Below, one piece after another: positions 9,539-18,474 of a stretch of 53,967 nucleotides of DNA (position 1 is its first letter; every line of letters starts with the position of its first letter). The position numbers and the translations under genes are program-made. Source of the stretch: Candidatus Peregrinibacteria bacterium (GTDB taxonomy: Bacteria > Patescibacteriota > Gracilibacteria > CAIRYL01); assembly GCA_037138215.1 (NCBI GenBank), contig JBAXIU010000003.1:1-53967 (forward strand). The letters are read 5' to 3'. The notes under the pieces were generated by a model. It was given only the letters and a program-made list of their open reading frames with translations, had not been told where the DNA came from and searched no databases.

Positions 9539-10908
9539 CCATTAGCCTTTGCCCTACTTGTTTAAAACGGGTATATGGGAAAATTGTTTTTGAGAATGAC
9601 AAAGTGTTTATGCTCAAACACTGCAAAGAGCATGGGAGTTTTAAAGTGCTGATAGCCACAGATATTGAGTACTACAAAAAATGCCGACAATACGCCAAAA
9701 AAAGCGAAATGCCCTGCAAATTTAAAACCAAAGTGAAATACGGATGCCCGTATGATTGTGGGCTTTGTGAAGACCACGAGCAGCATTCGTGCTCTTCGGT
9801 CATCGAAGTGACTGATCGGTGTAATTTGAAATGTCCCACTTGTTATGCGTCTTCTTCTCCTACTTGTGGCGAACACCGCACGCTAGAAGAAATTGAGAAA
9901 ATGTTTGATATTATGGTAGAAAGCGAAGGCGAACCGGATGTCGTGCAGATCAGCGGAGGAGAGCCCACTATTCATCCTGATTTTTTTGCCATTTTAGATA
10001 TGGCGAAAACCAAACCTATTAAACACCTCCTGTTAAACACCAATGGCGTGCGCATTGCCACCGAAGAAGGTTTTGCAGAACGCCTTGCAACCTATATGCC
10101 CCAATTTGAGATTTATCTTCAGTGGGATAGCTTACGACCCGAAGTGCTGAAAAAATTTCGGGGAGCGGATCTTTCCGAAATCCGCAAAAAAGCGTTGGAA
10201 AAACTCAATGCCCTCAATCTCTCAACCACTCTGGTGGTGGTGGTACAAAAAGGCGCAAATGACGATGAGCTAGGGGAAATTGTTGAATTTGCAATGCAGC
10301 AGCCCTGCGTTCGAGGGATTACTTTTCAACCGGTACAATTTGCCGGAAGAAATGAAGACAGTACACCAGAAGACCGCATTACACCCACAGAAGTACGCCA
10401 GAAAATTATTGCGCAACAGAGCGTTTTTACTGCAAATGACCTTATTCCTGTTCCGTGCAACCCCGACACCCTCACAATGGCGTACGGGCTAAAAATCGGA
10501 GGATCTGTTCATGCACTTACAAGGTATATTGATCCGACCAAACTTTTGGAGGCATCCAAAAATACCATTGTGTTTGAGAGGGATGAACAGCTGAAAAAAA
10601 AGCTTATTGAACTGTTTTCTACGGGAAACTCTCCCGAAAGCTCATCCAAGATTTTTGGCAGTATGCTGTGCTGTTTGCCCAAAATAGTGGCACCAAAAAA
10701 CCTCAAATACGACAATATTTTCCGCATTCTTATTATGCACTTTCAAGACGCATACGATTTTGATGTGCGGGCGATTAAAAAGTCCTGCGTGCATATTGTG
10801 CATAAAGACGGGCGCATTATTCCTTTTGAAACCATGAACCTCTTCTACCGCAACAACGAAGATCTCCTCAAAACGCTCCAAAGAGAAGATGAGTCTTTTA
10901 CTTTTTAA
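9502..10908 (+). CDS. Radical SAM enzyme, Tes/GDGT-MAS (MJ0619)-like family
   Basis: N-terminal CPTC...CKEHG, GCPYDCGLCEDH...C, core CNLKCPTC, SGGEPT, C-terminal SCVH..DGRIIPF. Likely start ATG 9502. Confidence 0.85.
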   Translation: MPAQRPYTYYDLTISLCPTCLKRVYGKIVFENDKVFMLKHCKEHGSFKVLIATDIEYYKKCRQYAKKSEMPCKFKTKVKYGCPYDCGLCEDHEQHSCSSVIEVTDRCNLKCPTCYASSSPTCGEHRTLEEIEKMFDIMVESEGEPDVVQISGGEPTIHPDFFAILDMAKTKPIKHLLLNTNGVRIATEEGFAERLATYMPQFEIYLQWDSLRPEVLKKFRGADLSEIRKKALEKLNALNLSTTLVVVVQKGANDDELGEIVEFAMQQPCVRGITFQPVQFAGRNEDSTPEDRITPTEVRQKIIAQQSVFTANDLIPVPCNPDTLTMAYGLKIGGSVHALTRYIDPTKLLEASKNTIVFERDEQLKKKLIELFSTGNSPESSSKIFGSMLCCLPKIVAPKNLKYDNIFRILIMHFQDAYDFDVRAIKKSCVHIVHKDGRIIPFETMNLFYRNNEDLLKTLQREDESFTF

Positions 10909-10917
10909 CACTTTTTT

Positions 10918-11280
10918 ATGACAGATTTTGCAGAAGCAATGCAAGACATTCCACATACCCCAGAGATATCCGAAGAATCTTCTCCCCTAAAAAAAGAGAA
11001 AAAATTTCTTTGGAGGTTTTTTCAGTACTATTTTTTCGGCAGTATTGCCATGTATTTCTGTTTATATGCGAGGGTCTTCTCCGGTGATTTCGAAATTATT
11101 CTCATTTTTGCTCCCTTTGTAATCCCAACACTCGTTTCCATTTTTTACTTTTTTCGCGCCATTTACCTCTTGCTGGATCAGAATTTAGAAGCGTTTAAAT
11201 TTGCGCTACTGGTTATGATTATAAGCGCACTTATTGGGGCGGGCGTATGTGCTGGGAATATACAATTTTTGAGCTTTTAA
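10918..11280 (+). CDS. Small membrane protein with C-terminal IGAGVCxGN motif (paralog 1)
   Basis: Acidic N-terminus MTDFAEAMQDI, 3 hydrophobic segments, LIGAGVCAGNIQFL. Confidence 0.8.
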   Translation: MTDFAEAMQDIPHTPEISEESSPLKKEKKFLWRFFQYYFFGSIAMYFCLYARVFSGDFEIILIFAPFVIPTLVSIFYFFRAIYLLLDQNLEAFKFALLVMIISALIGAGVCAGNIQFLSF

Positions 11281-11312
11281 GCCTCTCTTACATAACCTTT
11301 TGTGATGAATAT

Positions 11313-11666
11313 ATGAAAGACTTTGCAGAAGCAATGCAAGACATTGCCCAACAACCAGAGGTGAATGAAGAAAATGCATCACTCACAAAAGAGAAAAAAT
11401 TGATGGGAAATATTTTAAAGTGCTATGGCCTATTTGTTGTGCTTTTTTGGGTATTATCTCCTGAGATTAATACTACTTACTTTCCACCAGTCGGGATCGC
11501 TTCATTCAGCCTTCCTTGTTTAGTTTCTGTTATTTATTTTTTTCGTATTGTATACTGCTTATTTCAAAAAAACTGGGAATCTTTTAAATTTTCAATCCTT
11601 ATTTTTTTTATGGGACTTATTATTGGCGCGGGAGTATGTTACGGAAATTTAACTTTTTTGGGGTAG
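11313..11666 (+). CDS. Small membrane protein with C-terminal IGAGVCxGN motif (paralog 2)
   Basis: Start ATG 11313 MKDFAEAMQDI matches paralog 1; IIGAGVCYGNLTFL. Confidence 0.8.
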   Translation: MKDFAEAMQDIAQQPEVNEENASLTKEKKLMGNILKCYGLFVVLFWVLSPEINTTYFPPVGIASFSLPCLVSVIYFFRIVYCLFQKNWESFKFSILIFFMGLIIGAGVCYGNLTFLG

Positions 11667-11793
11667 GTGCTCCGCTAAAATGTACCATAAATTATTCTCA
11701 AAACCGCTGTCACTTAATCTCCATGAACTCCAAAAAAATTCCTTGACTCTCGCCCTATAAAAGGCGTAAAAATACCCCCTTTTTTTGAATTTT

Positions 11794-13752
11794 ATGACCA
11801 AAGAAAGCCGACTATTACACAGATTTGTAAATGTTCCTCAATCAACTGCTACAGGGCATTCTCATTTAAATAAGATTCAGAGTGGGACAGGGGATCTCAC
11901 TGATACTCGAAATAAAGAGACCAATGCAAATTGGGACAAAGGGCTTACTGAAGGACTCGCAACGAGTGGAGGACTGTATATGCCAGAAGAAATTCAAACT
12001 CTTCCAGATGGTTTTATTGCGGAAACCCTTCCAACCCTCAATACCGCACAAATTGCCGCGGCGCTTTTGCGTCAGTTTATCCCCCGAGAAGCAATTGATG
12101 ATGCCACTCTTTCTTCCTTTACCGAACAGGCACTAGGCTTTGGAATCCCTCTGGAAGATATTACCAAGATGTTTAGCGAAGGAGAAAGTCCAGACAAGGT
12201 TTTTGTGGCGTGGCTAGACAGAGGGAAAACGGCGAGTTTTAAAGATTTTGCGGCGCAAACCATTGGACAGCTTATGGAATGGTGGTGCGAAAAAAATCAA
12301 ACTCCAAAAAATATCGTCGTGGCCACTTCTGGAGATACTGGAGTAGCTATTGCTCGAGCATTTGCCGGATCAAAATGGGTTACGGTTACAGTACTATATC
12401 CAGCAGATGGAGTTGCCGCACCGCAAGAAGCACAAATGATTGAGGTGGCACAAAAATATAAAAATATTCAGTGCTTGCCCTGTGCGGGAACATTTGACGA
12501 TGCCCAAGCACGGGCAAAAATTTTGCAACAAGCCCGAGATAAAAAAATTACAAAAGAAGAGCAAGAAAATCCCGATGAGAAAACGATTGAAACAGTAGCA
12601 GGAGAGATTCAAAAAATGTTGAAAGACACAGTAGGAGAAGAAATTAAACTGAACGAAGCAAAACGACTGGTAACCGAAACAAAAGAACTCGACCTCTCCA
12701 GCGCTAATTCTATTAATATTTGGCGTCTCATCCCCCAGATGACGCAATATTTTACGACCTACGCCAATCTCGTCAGGTCAGGACAAATAACCAATGGGCA
12801 AAAAATAGTGTTCGTTATTCCTACGGGAAATGTAGGGCATATTACCGCTGGACTTTTTGCCAAAAAATTAGGACTGCCGGTAGAAAAATTCGTGATGGCG
12901 ACGAATGAAAATAATATGATGCACAACCTGTTAGAAAATGGTGTATTACAGCAGGATGGATTTCATGCGACGGATGCAAATTCAATGGATATTGAAAAGC
13001 CGAGTAATTTAGAGCGCATTTTATATTTGGCACAGCAAGAAGCCGATCCAGATGTAACGGTAGACTACGCAGGACTGGCAAAAAAAATGGCAGAACAAGG
13101 AGCAATTCAGAATGGAATTGAGGTAAAAGACTTTGGAGTAACCGATGCCATGATGGCGTGGTTACGAGAAAATATTGTTTCTGCGTCCAGTACTGTAGAA
13201 GAGAGAAAAACTATTATAAAAGAAACCCACGAAAAAACAGGGGCATTACTGGAATGGCATGGCGCGGCGGGAGCAGTGGCAATACAAAAAGTACAAGAAA
13301 ATATTAAAGGCTTTGTAACGGTGCTCTTTGAAACTGCCGGAGTAGAAAAAGCAAAACCATGTTCTCTTGAGGAAGCAACCGGTATTCTAGAAATTCCAGA
13401 GGAATATAAAAATCCTGCAATGCAAGACGCCATGAATTTTGTTTTGGAAGGATCTGAAAAAAATGACCTTGCAGAAGCAACAAATGCCATGAGAGAAACA
13501 GTAGTAAACAGCATTATGGGAATTTTTGACGCTCTTCAAAATATCGCGCAAGAATCAGCAGAGAGAAGGGAATCCCCTCTTTCTCTCTTAAACTCTCTAT
13601 CCGCCAGTGGATATGCAATAGTTGTGGAAGAACAAGAAAAGATTCCTCAGTTTTCCTTTGCATCCGAAAAGAATATGATGACCTTAAGAGAAAACCTTTT
13701 GAACAGGCTTTCTCATAGAGACTATTTGGCATTTATTGAGAGGACAGAGTAA
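11794..13752 (+). CDS. thrC: Threonine synthase-like PLP enzyme with extensions
   Basis: GLATSGGLYMP, TASFKD (PLP Lys), ATSGDTG, SANSINIWRL, PTGN, NSMDI.KPSN; about 650 aa. Confidence 0.8.
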   Translation: MTKESRLLHRFVNVPQSTATGHSHLNKIQSGTGDLTDTRNKETNANWDKGLTEGLATSGGLYMPEEIQTLPDGFIAETLPTLNTAQIAAALLRQFIPREAIDDATLSSFTEQALGFGIPLEDITKMFSEGESPDKVFVAWLDRGKTASFKDFAAQTIGQLMEWWCEKNQTPKNIVVATSGDTGVAIARAFAGSKWVTVTVLYPADGVAAPQEAQMIEVAQKYKNIQCLPCAGTFDDAQARAKILQQARDKKITKEEQENPDEKTIETVAGEIQKMLKDTVGEEIKLNEAKRLVTETKELDLSSANSINIWRLIPQMTQYFTTYANLVRSGQITNGQKIVFVIPTGNVGHITAGLFAKKLGLPVEKFVMATNENNMMHNLLENGVLQQDGFHATDANSMDIEKPSNLERILYLAQQEADPDVTVDYAGLAKKMAEQGAIQNGIEVKDFGVTDAMMAWLRENIVSASSTVEERKTIIKETHEKTGALLEWHGAAGAVAIQKVQENIKGFVTVLFETAGVEKAKPCSLEEATGILEIPEEYKNPAMQDAMNFVLEGSEKNDLAEATNAMRETVVNSIMGIFDALQNIAQESAERRESPLSLLNSLSASGYAIVVEEQEKIPQFSFASEKNMMTLRENLLNRLSHRDYLAFIERTE

Positions 13753-13769
13753 ACGCAAATAAGGGGGTT

Positions 13770-13799
13770 GGGCTGAAATTCTTCATTCAGCCCTTTTTT
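13770..13799 (+). terminator. Intrinsic terminator after thrC
   Basis: GGGCTGAA-loop-TTCAGCCC followed by T6. Confidence 0.7.
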
Positions 13800-13870
13800 G
13801 GAGTATAAACTCAACACCCAACAAAGATGTATGTACAAAAAAATATAATAAAGGAGATTTGTAAATCCTC

Positions 13871-14143
13871 ATGATTTTTGATTGGAACGAGGTAAAAAAT
13901 GAGCTTTTAAAGCAAGACCGAAATATTTCTTTTGAGGAGGTGGTTATTGCTCTTCAGGATGAAAAAAAATTCTCTATTGCGAAATACCCTAATCCTGAAA
14001 AATATCCGAATCAAAAAATGTACATTCTCTCTCTTCAAGGTTATACCTATATGGTCCCGTTCGTTGATACCGAAAATGTGAGATACATAACAGGCATAAT
14101 TTCTCCTTTTTCTTGCTCCCTATTTCCTTTTTTGCCACAATAG
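13871..14143 (+). pseudogene. BrnT-family toxin, apparently 3'-truncated or degenerate; no antitoxin seen
   Basis: FDWNEVKNELLK.DRNISFEEV...YPNQ...YMVPFV matches BrnT-like proteins, but the usual LKTI.PSRK C-terminus is missing. Confidence 0.6.
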
Positions 14144-14148
14144 TTTCC

Positions 14149-14724
14149 GTGATTCAAAAATTCCCCATTCTTTTTTCGGCGCTTTTTCTCTTACTTTTTG
14201 CAGGATGTGGCACTGGAAGTGCTACGCCTTCAGTAGATCCTTCTTTGGCATTTGAAGGAAAAGCGTTTACCATTGGAATTCCCACTAACTGGGAAGTGTT
14301 TCCAGATACCGTTTTAGCCGGAAAAGGCGTAGATTTTGGAGCAAGAGACGCCAATGGCTTTGGAAAAATTGAAACGGTTATTGCGGTTACTTCGGAAGAT
14401 ATTCCCAATGGAGCCCCATTAGACCGCTTTACAACTCAATCTCTTGAAAATATCCGAAGACGATCACAGAATTTCCAAAAACAGTCCGAAGAGCCATTGA
14501 ATTTAGACGGGGTGCCTGCTACGCTGGTCCGGTACACGGATAGAAATGTGGTTGATCTTTCACAACTCCAGTTTTCCAGCATTTTTGCGGTCCATAATGG
14601 AAAAGCCTTTGTGGCAGTATTATCTATGGATTACGCCAAAACAGAGAGTGAAAAAACAAAACTGGAAGAAATTCTCAAGTCATTCCGGATAAAGGGGACT
14701 AGCCCCTCTCCCTCGTCTTCATAA
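14149..14724 (+). CDS. PsbP/DcrB-like lipoprotein
   Basis: GTG start, lipobox LLFAGC, FTIGIPTNW, LDGVPA, ILKSFRI C-terminus. Confidence 0.7.
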   Translation: MIQKFPILFSALFLLLFAGCGTGSATPSVDPSLAFEGKAFTIGIPTNWEVFPDTVLAGKGVDFGARDANGFGKIETVIAVTSEDIPNGAPLDRFTTQSLENIRRRSQNFQKQSEEPLNLDGVPATLVRYTDRNVVDLSQLQFSSIFAVHNGKAFVAVLSMDYAKTESEKTKLEEILKSFRIKGTSPSPSSS

Positions 14725-14752
14725 GAAACACGATGATGAGAAACACTATTCC

Positions 14753-14778
14753 TGGATTCCCGCCTGCGCGGGAATGAC
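14753..14778 (-). repeat. GTCATTCCCGCG..GGGAATCCA palindrome (family C, dRS3-like)
   Basis: Contains ATTCCC-N8-GGGAAT; related copies at 33099, 36296 and 36337. Confidence 0.85.
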
Positions 14779-14786
14779 AAAAAAAT

Positions 14787-14861
14787 GGCGATGTGGCCAA
14801 GTGGTAAGGCAGGAGCCTGCAAAGCTCCCATTCGGCGGTTCGAATCCGCCCGTCGCCTCCA
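14787..14861 (+). tRNA. tRNA-Cys (GCA)
   Basis: Acceptor GGCGATG/CGTCGCC, anticodon arm GGAGC-CTGCAAA-GCTCC, T-arm GGTTCGAATCC, encoded CCA. Confidence 0.97.
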
Positions 14862-14870
14862 GATGAAAAC

Positions 14871-14900
14871 AAAAAAAGAGGGCGTATACCCTCTTTTTTT
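14871..14900. terminator. Bidirectional intrinsic terminator between tRNA-Cys and aroB
   Basis: A7-GAGGG-cgtata-CCCTC-T7. Confidence 0.8.
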
Positions 14901-16020
14901 ATGCGTCTCCAAGAGAAGAACGGATGTCTAAAAGCGCTTGTATAATAAGCTCTCCTGGGACACTGTGGCACCATTTTTCGTCTTCTTGGAGCACGGTTCC
15001 TAAACCAGAAAGGAACACAAAACGCACTGCCCCATTTTCTGTTTTTTTATCCGACTGCATGAGGGTGAGTAACTCCTGAGGATCATGTTTTTTGAGGACA
15101 GAAAAATCAAATCCAATACTCCTGATACATTTTAAAATTCGTGTTTCGTCTTCTTCAGAAAGGTATCCTAGAAGTCTCGAAATTCTATTTTCCACCAGTA
15201 TCCCCAATGCTACCGCGTGCCCATGTGCAATGGAAAAATTGCTGCTGAGTTCTATGGTGTGCCCGATGGTGTGCCCAAAATTAAGAATTGCCCGTTCCCC
15301 TTTTTCGGTTTCATCCCGCTCCACCACGCCTTTTTTAATAGTTACCGCGGTTTCCACCATTTTTTGCATCTGTTCTGCATTATTTTGGAGAATGAGCGAG
15401 AGATTTTTTTCTGCCCATTCAAACGCCGTTTTATGAGAAGTGAGGAACATTTTAAAAGCTTCCACCACTCCATTTTTTCGTTCCTCTTCGGGAAGCGTTT
15501 CCAGCGTTTCCGGATCAATAATAACGGCTTTGGGTTGCCAAAAAGATCCAATAAGATTTTTTCCAAAAGGCGTATCTACGCCCACTTTCCCCCCCACGGA
15601 CGAATCCACCATTGCCAAAACAGAGGTGGGGATTTGAAAAAACGGCACTCCTCGCAAAAAAATAGAAGCCGTAAACCCCGCAATATCCCCCGTTACACCT
15701 CCTCCTACCGCAAGGATAAGAGTGTCTCTTCCATACTTTTTTTCTAAAAGCGCGTAGAGAAGTTTTTGTACCGTCCCCTCATTTTTGTTTTCTTCTCCTG
15801 CGGGAAACGAAAAAAGTTCGGCAGCAAACCCTTCATCCAAAAGATTTTGTAAAATATCAGTTCCCCATATCGGAGCAACATGGGAATCTGCTATGACGGC
15901 AATGCGAGAAAAATTTCCCATTTTCCGAATAAGCTCGGGAATTTGGGCTCTTCCCCCTTTTGAAATAAAGAGGGAGTAATTTTTAGACTGCGCCGGAAAA
16001 CACACGGAAATTTCTGTCAT
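14899..16020 (-). CDS. aroB: 3-dehydroquinate synthase
   Basis: GEENK, GGGVTGDIAGF, PTSVLAMVDSSVGGK, LNFGHTIGH, HGHAV, DKK. Confidence 0.96.
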   Translation of the reverse strand: MTEISVCFPAQSKNYSLFISKGGRAQIPELIRKMGNFSRIAVIADSHVAPIWGTDILQNLLDEGFAAELFSFPAGEENKNEGTVQKLLYALLEKKYGRDTLILAVGGGVTGDIAGFTASIFLRGVPFFQIPTSVLAMVDSSVGGKVGVDTPFGKNLIGSFWQPKAVIIDPETLETLPEEERKNGVVEAFKMFLTSHKTAFEWAEKNLSLILQNNAEQMQKMVETAVTIKKGVVERDETEKGERAILNFGHTIGHTIELSSNFSIAHGHAVALGILVENRISRLLGYLSEEDETRILKCIRSIGFDFSVLKKHDPQELLTLMQSDKKTENGAVRFVFLSGLGTVLQEDEKWCHSVPGELIIQALLDIRSSLGDA

Positions 16021-17054
16021 ACCGTTTCAGAAAGCCACCTCAGAAGCTCTTCTGTTTCCTCCCATCCCATACACGGATCGGTAATAGAAAGCCCTCCCCT
16101 ATCAATATCCTCCGGAGAAAAACTCTCTGCCTTTTGAGCTCCTGTTTTTAAAAAACTCTCAAACATAAATCCTTTTACTCCTGCTTTTATTTCTGGGAAA
16201 AGTTGCATCTGGGAAACCACTTCTCGCACTACTTTCCCCTGTAAAAGAGGATCTTTTCCGGTTGGAAGACGACAATTGTCATGGCTGGTATCTACCACGA
16301 TGGCGGGGTTTTTAATTTTATTTTTATGGAGGAGTTCCAATGCCAACAAAATATCTTCGGTATAGTAGTTCGGACGATCCATACCTCCTCGTAAAACAAG
16401 ATGCGCGTATGGATTTCCGAGCGTTTCAATTTGCTGTCCTTCAAAAACAGTGTGGTGTTGATGCTGCGCTGCAATAATACCATTTACTCCAATTTCAAGC
16501 GATCCACTGGTAGGATTTTTCATCCCCACGGCACAATCAACCATGGAGGCAAAAATGCGGTGTTCTTGGTCTTCTGTACTTCTGGCGCCAATTGCAACCC
16601 AAGAGAGGAGTTCCAAAAAACCCTTGGCATTACTGGTAAACAGCGCTTCATCAGCAATAGGAAGCCCCGCTTCAATAACATTCACCATGAGTTCTCGACA
16701 ATAAAATGCGCCCGCAGCAATATCTGGTTTTTCGTATGGATCGGGCTGATTTACCGGCCCTGTCCATCCTTTTGTGGTTCTTGGTTTTTGGATATACACC
16801 CTCATGACGATTTTGAGCTTAGAAGACAGTTCTTTTGCCAAAGGAACAAGACGATGTGCGTATTCGAGAGTCGCATCAAATGGCCACGCACTGCAAGGCC
16901 CCATAATAACCAAAAGTCTATCATCTTTTCCGGAGAGGATATTTTTTACTTCTTCTTGGTCTCTTTTCACCTGTTCTTCTGCTTTTGTTGAAAGTGGAAA
17001 ACGCGCAATAATTTCGTCATTGCTAGGAATGCGTTGGATAGGAGTGTATTGCAT
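16017..17054 (-). CDS. 3-deoxy-7-phosphoheptulonate (DAHP) synthase, class I-alpha
   Basis: GPCS, KPRT, IGARSTEDQEHR, GMKN, LRGG, DTSHDN, SITDPC. Start ATG 17054; ATGA overlap with aroB. Confidence 0.94.
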   Translation of the reverse strand: MQYTPIQRIPSNDEIIARFPLSTKAEEQVKRDQEEVKNILSGKDDRLLVIMGPCSAWPFDATLEYAHRLVPLAKELSSKLKIVMRVYIQKPRTTKGWTGPVNQPDPYEKPDIAAGAFYCRELMVNVIEAGLPIADEALFTSNAKGFLELLSWVAIGARSTEDQEHRIFASMVDCAVGMKNPTSGSLEIGVNGIIAAQHQHHTVFEGQQIETLGNPYAHLVLRGGMDRPNYYTEDILLALELLHKNKIKNPAIVVDTSHDNCRLPTGKDPLLQGKVVREVVSQMQLFPEIKAGVKGFMFESFLKTGAQKAESFSPEDIDRGGLSITDPCMGWEETEELLRWLSETV

Positions 17055-17076
17055 AGGGGAAAATGAGAGGGGAATG

Positions 17077-18426
17077 TTAAAAAAATGACTTATGAATGGC
17101 CGCAATAGCGGTTTTTATTTCCTCTTCATGAATAATCGCCGAGACATTGAGCTCCGTAGCTCCCTGAGAAATCATTTTTACACTAATCCCAGCATCCCCA
17201 AGCGCTGTAAAAATTCGTCCCGCTACTCCAGGAGTTCCTGCCATTTCAGAACCAATAACAGACAAAATGGCTTCATTCTTTTTTTCTTCTACCTTAGCAA
17301 ACCCAGAGAGGGCTTTTATAGCTCTCTCCAAATGGGGTTTTGTTCCCTCTACGGTTACGGAAACAGTCGCCTCGGAGGTAGAAATGAGGTCAATAGAGAT
17401 TTCGTAATCGGAAAAAATCTTAAAAATTTTCTCCATAAATCCATGCCCAGACATTTCAAAAGAGTGCATGGTAATAACCGTTATCCCTTTTTTTGCCGTT
17501 ACCGATTTAAAAGCTCGTGCCGTTTTTTTCCCCGCTGCAGTAATGCAAGTTCCGGAATTTTCGGGATTGAGAGTATTTTTAATACGCACCGGGATACTAT
17601 TTTGAACCGCTGGCCAAATGGTTTGCGGGTGAATAACCTTTGCTCCAAAATTCGCAAGCTCTGAGGCTTCCTCAAAGGAAAGAGTATCGAGTGAAATGGC
17701 ATCCGACACAATACGAGGATCTGCAGAAAGAATACCATTCACATCGGTCCAAATTTGAATTTCTTCCGCATTACAAGCGCTTCCCACTAAAGATGCAGTA
17801 AAATCAGAATATCCTCGCCCCACTGCTCCCACAATTCCTCCCGGGATGCGTCCAAAAAACCCAGTAATAACGGGTAGTTTTCCTGCGAGGAGGAGCGGTT
17901 CTATGCGATTTTTAAGTGCTTCTTTTACTTTCTCAAAAAAATCTCTATTCACCGTTTTGTTCTCCTCCGGAACAATATTTTCTAAGTCCACAAACTCGCT
18001 TTGTACCCCACGGTCTTGCAGATGCATTGCCAAAAGGTACGCCGAAAGAATTTCCCCCACAGAAACGATTTGGTCATACGAACGAGGGGAAATTTCCTGA
18101 ATAACAGTAATCGCTTCTAAAAATTCGTAAAGTTTTTCTATTTGAAATGCAATAAACCCGCGCGCTTCCGATTGGAGATCAATATTTTTTACCAGGGTTT
18201 CAATGGCCGTAAAATGTTTTTCAGTAATAGTATGGAGAATGGTTTTTACCGCTTCCATTTTCTCCTCCTTGGCATTTTTCCCGGCAGAAATAAGGAGATC
18301 TGTAACACCCGACATGGCGGAAACCACTACGGATTTAACCTCTGTATTACGGGTTAAAATATCTGCCACGACAGTAATATTTTCTGCCGAGCCCATGGAG
18401 GTCCCTCCGAATTTGTAGGAAAACAT
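17077..18426 (-). CDS. lysC: Aspartate kinase with two ACT domains
   Basis: KFGGTS, VSAMSGVTD, GRGYSD, WTDVNGI.SADPR, GAKVIHP. Confidence 0.95.
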   Translation of the reverse strand: MFSYKFGGTSMGSAENITVVADILTRNTEVKSVVVSAMSGVTDLLISAGKNAKEEKMEAVKTILHTITEKHFTAIETLVKNIDLQSEARGFIAFQIEKLYEFLEAITVIQEISPRSYDQIVSVGEILSAYLLAMHLQDRGVQSEFVDLENIVPEENKTVNRDFFEKVKEALKNRIEPLLLAGKLPVITGFFGRIPGGIVGAVGRGYSDFTASLVGSACNAEEIQIWTDVNGILSADPRIVSDAISLDTLSFEEASELANFGAKVIHPQTIWPAVQNSIPVRIKNTLNPENSGTCITAAGKKTARAFKSVTAKKGITVITMHSFEMSGHGFMEKIFKIFSDYEISIDLISTSEATVSVTVEGTKPHLERAIKALSGFAKVEEKKNEAILSVIGSEMAGTPGVAGRIFTALGDAGISVKMISQGATELNVSAIIHEEEIKTAIAAIHKSFF

Positions 18427-18474
18427 AGAAAAAAAATTAATCGTGTTCTATTCTTCCTTATTTTTTGGTGTTCT

